From Chloroflexota bacterium (GTDB taxonomy: Bacteria; Chloroflexota; Dehalococcoidia; Lucifugimonadales; Lucifugimonadaceae): a stretch of DNA of 64,000 nucleotides. The notes under the pieces were generated by a model that was given only the letters and a program-made list of their open reading frames with translations, did not search any database and was not told the origin of the DNA. Positions 57,523 through 64,000 of the stretch are shown here, piece by piece. The position numbers and the translations under genes are program-made. The stretch's first letter is position 1. Each line of letters starts with the position of its first letter. The stretch is from NCBI GenBank assembly GCA_002719295.1, contig PBHC01000012.1, positions 77,930 through 141,929 on the forward strand, read 5' to 3'.

Positions 57523-58425
57523 TTATTGACTCTTTGATTGATTTATTAGTTTCTCTACTGCAGCATTATGTTGCTCATCAGCATGGTAAGAAGATCTTAC
57601 AAGTGGGCCTGCTGCTACATGGCTAAATCCCATATCCATTCCTATTTTTTGTAGTTCAGTAAATTCTTTAGGGTTATAAAATTTAATTATAGGATGATGT
57701 TTTTTTGAAGGCCTAAGGTATTGTCCTATTGTTAACAAATCTACATTATTATCTAATAAATCTTGCATTGTTTGTATTATTTCTTCTTTTGTTTCTCCTA
57801 ATCCAACCATCATGCCAGATTTAGTAGGCAAATTTGGATTTATACTTTTTGAATTTGATAGAAAATCCATTGAAAGATCATAGTCTCCTTTTGGCCTAAC
57901 TTTTTTAAATACCCTTCGAACTGTTTCAATATTGTGATTCATCACATCAGGCTCAGCTTTAATAACAATTTTCAACAAATCTTTAATTCCATTAAAATCA
58001 GGAGTCAGAACTTCAACTTTTATATTTGGTGAGAGTTTTTTTGTTTGAGAAATAGTTTTTGCAAATATTTCTGATCCAGCATCATCAAGGTCGTCTCTAT
58101 CTACGGAAGTTATTACTACATAGTTAAGTTGCATTTGTTTAATTGTCATTGCAACTCTAAATGGTTCAGATTTATCAACAAACCCTGGCCAACCAGTTTT
58201 TACATTACAATATGAGCAAGCCCTAGTGCAAGTATCTCCAAGTATCATGAAGGTTGCTGTTTTTCTATCCCAGCAATCAGCAATATTTGGACAAGCAGCT
58301 TCCTCGCATACTGTGTTTAATGATGCATTTGAAAACTTTTCTTTTAGTTCATGAAAATTTTCACCAGTTGGAAACTTTACTTTAAACCAATCTGGTAATT
58401 TTCTTTTTACTTTTACTTTCTGCAT
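57523..58425 (-). CDS. lipA: Lipoyl synthase
   Basis: CEEAACPNIADC, CTRACSYC, TSVDRDD, GQYLRP, RSSYHA. Confidence 0.97.
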   Translation of the reverse strand: MQKVKVKRKLPDWFKVKFPTGENFHELKEKFSNASLNTVCEEAACPNIADCWDRKTATFMILGDTCTRACSYCNVKTGWPGFVDKSEPFRVAMTIKQMQLNYVVITSVDRDDLDDAGSEIFAKTISQTKKLSPNIKVEVLTPDFNGIKDLLKIVIKAEPDVMNHNIETVRRVFKKVRPKGDYDLSMDFLSNSKSINPNLPTKSGMMVGLGETKEEIIQTMQDLLDNNVDLLTIGQYLRPSKKHHPIIKFYNPKEFTELQKIGMDMGFSHVAAGPLVRSSYHADEQHNAAVEKLINQSKSQ

Positions 58426-58470
58426 AATGATGAATCTTTATTCATTTAAATATTATCAGCAATCGAATAT

Positions 58471-58486
58471 TGTTAGAATCTAATAT
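58471..58486 (+). promoter_or_regulatory. Extended -10 promoter, probable leaderless transcript
   Basis: TG-T-TAGAAT ending 7 nt before ATG 58487; no SD. Confidence 0.45.
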
Positions 58487-59725
58487 ATGGGTAAAAGAAG
58501 AAAAAAGAAATTTTATACGGGACCAAATTTAACCGAGGAACATAATTTTTATATTGATCAAAAACTAACTATTCTAATAGAAAAATATGATTCAAATGGA
58601 GTAGGGATGGGATTTTACAAAGAAATCCCTATAGTTGTTTTTAATTCTATTATAGGCGAAGAAATAGAAATAGCTATTGAAAAAATTTTTCCAGAAAAAA
58701 TTATAGGAAAAAATTTAAAAGTTAAACAATTTTCAGATAAAAGAACCAAAATTGCTTGTGAATTCTTTGGGAATTGCACAGGTTGTCAATGGATGCATAT
58801 AAATTATTCAGATCAACTTATTATGAAGAGAGATATTGTTGTAGACCATTTATCAAAAAATGATTTATTAATTGAAGATATAGTTGAAAAAACTATTCCT
58901 TCAAAAAAAACAATTCATTACAGAAATCACGCTAGGTTTACTGTTAGAAAAAAAGATGAAAATGAGGAGATAGGATTTGTTAATTTTCTAAATAGGCAAT
59001 GGACAAATGTAAATCAATGCAAAATTATGAATAAAACCATAAATAATAGGATGGAATTACTCAGAAATAATTTACAAGGGAAAACTCAAGTAAGCATCAG
59101 AGCTTCAGATGTAACAAATTCTTATCTTATTCAACCAAAATTTGAAAATCTAGAAATAGATACAGGCCAAAAATATTACAAAGAGAAAATTTTTAATAAT
59201 ATCTATCAAGTTGCCAGCCCTAGTTTTTTTCAAGTAAATATTTCTCAAGTTGAAAAAATATTTAAAAAGTTATTTGATTCTGATGTTTTTTATAAAAATC
59301 AAATTGTTGTAGATGCTTACTGTGGTGTGGGTACTTTTACATGTTTGGTGTCCCCATACGTAAATAAAGTTTATGGTATTGAAGAATCTGCATCTGCCGT
59401 TATAGATGCCAAAGAGAACTCAAAAAAATATTCAAACATAGAATATTTATTAGGAAAAACAGAAGAAGTCTTATCTGATGTTAATGAAAATATAGATTTA
59501 TTATTATTAGATCCACCTCGAATAGGTTGCGATGATAAAGTTATTGAAATTATTAATAAAGTAAAACCTAAGACTATTTTATTGATTTCATGCTCTCCGG
59601 AAAATTTTGCAATTGATATATCTAAACTTGTAGGAATCTCTTACGAGGTAAAAAAAATAATACCCTTTGATATGTTCCCTCAAACCCACCATGTAGAGGT
59701 AGTAGGAGTTTTGAATTTATTATGA
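58487..59725 (+). CDS. rlmD: 23S rRNA (uracil-5)-methyltransferase RlmD/TrmA family
   Basis: TRAM-like N-terminus, C..FGNCTGCQW, SFFQVN, DAYCGVG, DPPR.G, ISC, DMFPQTHHVE. Confidence 0.9.
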   Translation: MGKRRKKKFYTGPNLTEEHNFYIDQKLTILIEKYDSNGVGMGFYKEIPIVVFNSIIGEEIEIAIEKIFPEKIIGKNLKVKQFSDKRTKIACEFFGNCTGCQWMHINYSDQLIMKRDIVVDHLSKNDLLIEDIVEKTIPSKKTIHYRNHARFTVRKKDENEEIGFVNFLNRQWTNVNQCKIMNKTINNRMELLRNNLQGKTQVSIRASDVTNSYLIQPKFENLEIDTGQKYYKEKIFNNIYQVASPSFFQVNISQVEKIFKKLFDSDVFYKNQIVVDAYCGVGTFTCLVSPYVNKVYGIEESASAVIDAKENSKKYSNIEYLLGKTEEVLSDVNENIDLLLLDPPRIGCDDKVIEIINKVKPKTILLISCSPENFAIDISKLVGISYEVKKIIPFDMFPQTHHVEVVGVLNLL

Positions 59726-60324
59726 GTGATTTTGTTTTTGCAACTAGTTCTCCTAGAAGAATTGAATTGCTAAAAAAAATTAATTTGAAATTTAAATTTG
59801 TTCCTCATGAGTTTGAAGAAAATAATGAACTAGATATAGGTCCGTATGAATTACTCGTTCTAAATTCTGAAAAAAAATCAAGAAGTATTTTAAAAAAATA
59901 TCCAAAAGATACAATTCTTGCATCAGACACAATCGTTTATAAAGATCGTGTCATAGGGAAGCCAAAAAATAAAATGGAAGCATTGAAAATCATCAATTTC
60001 TTGAATGATAGTTTTCATACTGTAATGACTTCAATTGTAGCGATAAACAATCAGGGAATAATTTTTTCTGGAGTTAAGACATCTCTAGTAATAACTAATA
60101 ATATTTCAACTGATAAAATAAATAAGTATATTGAATCTGAGTATTACGCGGATAAAGCTGGTGGATATGGTATTCAGAATAAAAATTTTGATTTTGTAAA
60201 AAAGTACTATGGTTGTTATGAAAATATTTTAGGTCTTCCCACTTGCCTAATTAAGGAATGTTTATCAATAATAAACATAGATAATGATTATAATTTTTCG
60301 AATTGTATAGAGAGAAATAGATGA
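59722..60324 (+). CDS. maf: Maf nucleotide pyrophosphatase
   Basis: SSPRR.ELL, SDTIV, GKP, KAGGYGIQ, NILGLP. Confidence 0.92.
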   Translation: MSDFVFATSSPRRIELLKKINLKFKFVPHEFEENNELDIGPYELLVLNSEKKSRSILKKYPKDTILASDTIVYKDRVIGKPKNKMEALKIINFLNDSFHTVMTSIVAINNQGIIFSGVKTSLVITNNISTDKINKYIESEYYADKAGGYGIQNKNFDFVKKYYGCYENILGLPTCLIKECLSIINIDNDYNFSNCIERNR

Positions 60325-60599
60325 ATATATTTGGAATAGGCGGATTTGAATTATTATTAATTCTATTAATAGCATTCTTCATAGTGGGACCTTCTAATCT
60401 TTTGATTTTTATTAGAAAAACAAAAATTATATATTCAGAATTTAAGCAAAAAAGAGACGAGTTGATTTCAGTAGTAGAACAAACTATAGAAATAGATGAT
60501 GATATTGAAGAGCTTAAAAATATAAAAGAAAGCTTATCGGATGTTTCTGATAAGACTACAAAATCAATAAATAGAATGAAAAAAGATTTGGAAAAATAA
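60321..60599 (+). CDS. tatB: Tat translocase TatB-like subunit
   Basis: FGIGGFELLLILLIAFFIVGP; directly upstream of tatC. Confidence 0.8.
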   Translation: MNIFGIGGFELLLILLIAFFIVGPSNLLIFIRKTKIIYSEFKQKRDELISVVEQTIEIDDDIEELKNIKESLSDVSDKTTKSINRMKKDLEK

Positions 60600-60602
60600 C
60601 TT

Positions 60603-61454
60603 TTGATTGAAGATAAGCCTGTAAATATTTTAGATCATTTCAGAGAGATTAAAAAAAGATTAATAAGATATTTTATTTTTCTAGGAATTTTTATTGTTAC
60701 TTCTTTGATCTTTTTTAAACAAATTATAAATATATTTATTGAACCTGCGAATAAAATATTTATCAATTCAGGTGTAGAGGGAAGTATAGTATTTGGTAGA
60801 GTCACAGAAGCTTGGGGCGCTGCTGCTAGAACCTCTATAATTTTGGGTTTTTCTTTGTCTATACCTTTTTTACTTTATGAAATAATTATGTTCCTACGAC
60901 CAGGATTAATGGGGAGAGAGAGATTTTATGTATATTTATTAATTCCTTTCTGTTTTATATTTTTTATATTGGGGGCAGCTTTCGGTTATTTTTTTGTTAT
61001 TCCTAGTGCATTGAACTTCCTAATTAATTTTGGAGATGATATAGCTCAACCCATGATTAATATTGGCCCTCTTACTTCTTTGATGTTTTCAATGATGTTT
61101 TGGATGGGTTTAATTTTTCAAATTCCTTTGATTATGTTTTTATTAGGAAGCCTCGGAATTATAACTAATGATTCATTATCGAAGTACAGAAGGTGGGTCA
61201 TTCTTATATCTTTTATATTGGGAGCATTGATTACTCCTACGGTAGACCCTATAACTCAAATTACGGTAGCTTTACCTATAATTCTATTATTTGAGGTTGG
61301 TTTGGTACTAATAAAGATTACTTCACCAGGGAAAAAGTCAAAAAGATTTTATTTTAGTTTATTTGTAATAATCTCACTAGTTGTGTTAGCGATTTTAGGT
61401 ATATTTTTTTTAAAATTAGATTCAAATAATTACTTCAGTAATATTTTAAGCTAA
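60603..61454 (+). CDS. tatC: Tat translocase TatC
   Basis: HFREIKKRL, FLRPGL, FQIP, ITPTVDP, LFE. Confidence 0.93.
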   Translation: MIEDKPVNILDHFREIKKRLIRYFIFLGIFIVTSLIFFKQIINIFIEPANKIFINSGVEGSIVFGRVTEAWGAAARTSIILGFSLSIPFLLYEIIMFLRPGLMGRERFYVYLLIPFCFIFFILGAAFGYFFVIPSALNFLINFGDDIAQPMINIGPLTSLMFSMMFWMGLIFQIPLIMFLLGSLGIITNDSLSKYRRWVILISFILGALITPTVDPITQITVALPIILLFEVGLVLIKITSPGKKSKRFYFSLFVIISLVVLAILGIFFLKLDSNNYFSNILS

Positions 61455-61621
61455 TCTTTGTCTTCTTTTTTTTCAGATTTACTGATTGCAGTTTTGAACT
61501 CGTTTATTGCTTGCCCTAATCCTTTTCCTACTTGAGGCAACTTTCCTACACCAAATAGAACTAGAATCACAACTACAATTAATACTAACTGTAATGGTCC
61601 TAAATTTTGAATAAATCCCAT
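61451..61621 (-). CDS. tatA: Tat translocase TatA (56 aa), not in ORF track
   Basis: MGFIQNLGPLQLVLIVVVILVLFGVGKLPQVGKGLGQAINEFKTAISKSEKKEDKD; FG..KLP...G.G..I.EFK motif; AGGA SD. Confidence 0.93.
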   Translation of the reverse strand: MGFIQNLGPLQLVLIVVVILVLFGVGKLPQVGKGLGQAINEFKTAISKSEKKEDKD

Positions 61622-61695
61622 ACTTTTCCTAATGTTTTTTAGAATTATTTTAATGATAGCAAATTATCAAATAATCTATCAGGTCTCTTTGTTAC

Positions 61696-62343
61696 CTATT
61701 TACCAGGCATATATCTCCACACAGCAACAACTTTGCCCAAAATACTAACATTATTTGATGGAAAAAACATAGGATCCATTAGAGGGTTTTCAGGTTGTAA
61801 TCTAGTATTTTCTCCTTCTCTAAAAATCCTTTTAAGCGTTGTTTCATTTTCTGAATCGATTTTAGCCGCCACCATCTCTCCATTTTTAGCTTCATTAGTT
61901 TTTTCTAATATAATAGTATCTCCATCTCCTATTAATGCGTCAATCATAGAAAACCCGGAAACCTTAAGTGCAAAAATTTTATCTTCTATGTATGAAAAAT
62001 TCTCAGGAAGTTCTATTGTATCTAAATCATCAATATCCCATCTGCTATCTTCAACTAAAGGGAATGGTTGGCCTGCTGTTATTGTTCCTAATACAGGGAC
62101 CTTTATGTTCTGATTTTTTTCAATATTATTTAGGCTAATACTTCTTGAAACTTCTGAGTCTCTATTCATTAGCCCTTTTTCTTGCAATCGGTCTAAATTA
62201 TATTTCACTACAGAAGTTGAAGAAATATCACAATTATTTTGGATGTCTCTAATTGAAGGTGGATATCCGTATTCTTCAATGTAACTTTGAATAAAATTTA
62301 GAATATCTATTTGTTTTTGTGTTAGAGGTTTAGAGTTTCTCAT
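61696..62343 (-). CDS. lexA: LexA repressor
   Basis: GYPPSIRDI HTH, TAG cleavage site, VSGFSM (Ser), TLKR (Lys). Confidence 0.95.
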   Translation of the reverse strand: MRNSKPLTQKQIDILNFIQSYIEEYGYPPSIRDIQNNCDISSTSVVKYNLDRLQEKGLMNRDSEVSRSISLNNIEKNQNIKVPVLGTITAGQPFPLVEDSRWDIDDLDTIELPENFSYIEDKIFALKVSGFSMIDALIGDGDTIILEKTNEAKNGEMVAAKIDSENETTLKRIFREGENTRLQPENPLMDPMFFPSNNVSILGKVVAVWRYMPGK

Positions 62344-62378
62344 AATTTCAACATATGGTACATTAATGTCAACGTCAA
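62344..62378 (-). promoter_or_regulatory. lexA promoter (probably leaderless) with an internal palindrome
   Basis: TTGACG-17 nt-TATGTT-6 nt-ATG; ACATTAATGT palindrome at 62360-62369. Confidence 0.55.
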
Positions 62379-62393
62379 ATCTTATGTCCTCAA

Positions 62394-62795
62394 TTAATGA
62401 GGATGATCTTCAAATGTTATTCCTTCAATATTTTGTGGAGGGCTATTTTCATCTTCACTGAAACCGAATCCTATAAAGTGTGGAGGTGGGTTTTTTACGG
62501 TCAATTGAGCCGGTTTAGTTTTACTTATTGATTCCACTCCACCTTTTACAATTACTTCAAGGCCATCTTGAAGGATTATCTTATCTGTTTCTACTATACC
62601 TCTTGGATTATTTAATTCTTTGGATTCTTTAGTATAAATGCCCCAGTTTATAAGACCTTCATATTCAGCAGGAAGTATTATTCTCCATTTAGAAATTAAT
62701 CCAGAGTGAGGACTTATTGAAACTATAATACTTGATTCAGGATCGGAAGGATCCCCGTGATCTATTTCCCAGTTATATAAAGAACCGTTTTGCAA
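62394..62795 (-). CDS. Hypothetical protein
   Basis: 133-aa ORF with TTG start directly after the rpsT stop. Confidence 0.6.
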   Translation of the reverse strand: MQNGSLYNWEIDHGDPSDPESSIIVSISPHSGLISKWRIILPAEYEGLINWGIYTKESKELNNPRGIVETDKIILQDGLEVIVKGGVESISKTKPAQLTVKNPPPHFIGFGFSEDENSPPQNIEGITFEDHPH

Positions 62796-63050
62796 TTACT
62801 TAGATTTATTGACTAATTGTTGAAGTCTAGATTTTTTTCTCGATGCGTTATTTTTGTGGATGACGTTCTTTTTAGCTGCTCTATCAAGAACTTTTGATGC
62901 TTCTCTAAGCAGTTTTTCAGTCTCTTCAGCAGAATCTTTTGCTGAAACACTATTTCTTAATCTAGTTATTGAAGATTTTATAGCAGTCTTTATCGACAAA
63001 TTTACATTATATTTGTTTGATTGACTTCTATTAGATTTTAAGCTTGGCAT
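62796..63050 (-). CDS. rpsT: 30S ribosomal protein S20
   Basis: LDRAAKKNVIHKNNASRKKSRL. Confidence 0.93.
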   Translation of the reverse strand: MPSLKSNRSQSNKYNVNLSIKTAIKSSITRLRNSVSAKDSAEETEKLLREASKVLDRAAKKNVIHKNNASRKKSRLQQLVNKSK

Positions 63051-63055
63051 GATTT

Positions 63056-64000
63056 TTACTTTTTCCTTTTAACATTATAGACTCCAGCAATACTTTCCAT
63101 TTTTCCAAGAAGTCTAATAATTTGCCCTAAGTCTCTAGTATAAACTGTTAATTGAATTTTGCATGTACCATTTTTATCGTCTTCTTGAGAATTTATTGAA
63201 TGTAAATTTGTTTTTTCTCCCCAGACAACGTCTGTAATGTCTCTTATTAGTCCAATTCTGTCATAAGCATCAATTTGTACTATTGTAGGATTAAGGTTTT
63301 TCAAATGACCCCATGCAGCGGGTTTAAATCTCTCGGTATTTTCAAATGTTCTTAATCTTGAACAAATTATTCTGTGGATAATTATGTCATTTGTAGTATT
63401 TTTGTATCCTACTATTTCATCACCATAGACAGGTTCACAGCAGTTTGCTAATTTCTTTTCAGAATCTTTTTCACCCATAATTATTACTGATGAAACTGAA
63501 TCAAAATTTTGTTGATTATTTTCTTTGTTTGTAAGTTCCTCATTGCTTTGCATTTTTCGGACAGTTTCTTCTAATTGCCTCTCATTAATTAAATCAATAA
63601 TTTTATGGTTTCCGATTTCTCCAGTTCCTACTTTATATGCAAAGTTTTCATATGAGTCATTTTGAGAAAGATATGGTAAAAATTGATCTGGATCATCTAT
63701 GTTAGAAAGTCTTATTGTTCTTAAAATTTGTCTTTCTCCTCGCTCAATATTTTCTTCTCTCTCTCTCTTTTTGAACCATTCTCTAACTTTATTTTTTGCA
63801 TTTGCGGTTTTTATGTATCCTAAACTATCATTCAACCAGTCTAAGTTTGGGCCTTTATCACTTTCTGATTTTTGTATTTGAACAGTATCTCCATTATTAA
63901 GAGTTGTATTTAATGGTTTTAAAACTCCATTTATAAATGATGCCTGACAAGCATGACCTAGCTCAGTATGTAAACTATAAGCATAATCTAATGGCGTTGA
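63056..64000 (-). CDS. rel: RelA/SpoT (Rel) protein, C-terminal part; 5' end outside window
   Basis: Frame open to base 64000: TPLDYAYSLHTELGH (TGS), LANCCEPVYGDEIVGY...IHR..C (ZFD), DRIGLIRDI (ACT). Confidence 0.93.
   Translation of the reverse strand, partial: STPLDYAYSLHTELGHACQASFINGVLKPLNTTLNNGDTVQIQKSESDKGPNLDWLNDSLGYIKTANAKNKVREWFKKREREENIERGERQILRTIRLSNIDDPDQFLPYLSQNDSYENFAYKVGTGEIGNHKIIDLINERQLEETVRKMQSNEELTNKENNQQNFDSVSSVIIMGEKDSEKKLANCCEPVYGDEIVGYKNTTNDIIIHRIICSRLRTFENTERFKPAAWGHLKNLNPTIVQIDAYDRIGLIRDITDVVWGEKTNLHSINSQEDDKNGTCKIQLTVYTRDLGQIIRLLGKMESIAGVYNVKRKK

Noticed and set aside
63755..63768. (TC)n dinucleotide run in rel
   Set aside because: Encodes an ordinary KREREE segment in frame
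1314..63881. Numerous 60-170 aa ORFs antisense to or nested within longer genes (e.g. 4467..4988 +, 20587..20997 -, 61733..62113 +)
   Set aside because: Shadow frames of well-supported genes; no recognisable motifs or start signals
1..64000. CRISPR array, rRNA, transposase, prophage or defence system
   Set aside because: No regularly spaced repeats, long GC-rich structural RNA or relevant protein motifs seen; nearly all sequence is accounted for by CDSs

Overview
AT-rich, very gene-dense bacterial chromosome segment with short spacers and many overlapping start/stop codons, read in the standard genetic code. Gene content is most consistent with a streamlined marine Chloroflexota (Dehalococcoidia/SAR202-like) genome; this is an inference from rny-ymdB-PHP-plsY synteny, four mandelate-racemase-family enolases, two HpcH aldolases, three Zn-dehydrogenases, an FGE, tandem Ldh_2 paralogs and no outer-membrane genes. 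Housekeeping genes: rny, dnaE, fabI, orn, pepP, tldD/pmbA, argC, nth, metG, rsmI, lipA, rlmD, maf, tatABC, lexA, rpsT, partial rel, and tRNA-Glu(TTC). These are interleaved with organic-acid/sugar-acid catabolic paralogs and transporters. I found four coding regions absent from the ORF track (partial enolase 1..1145, tatA, and two small membrane ORFs) and extended the rel ORF to the window edge. I saw no CRISPR array, rRNA, integrase or transposase. Best leads: (1) a six-gene coupled unit MMPL-tandem MerR-ALDH1L1-like formyl-THF domain-TldD-TldE-HEAT; (2) a structured leader on an alphaproteobacterial-looking DEAD-box helicase; (3) an FGE + duplicated Ldh_2 operon; (4) an enolase with hybrid DgoD/ManD active-site motifs; (5) a Cys-pair repeat lipoprotein; (6) an over-long MacA-like adaptor; (7) a standalone TubC-N-like protein; (8) apparently leaderless promoters, including lexA with a non-canonical palindrome. 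All family calls come from motif recognition, not database searches.
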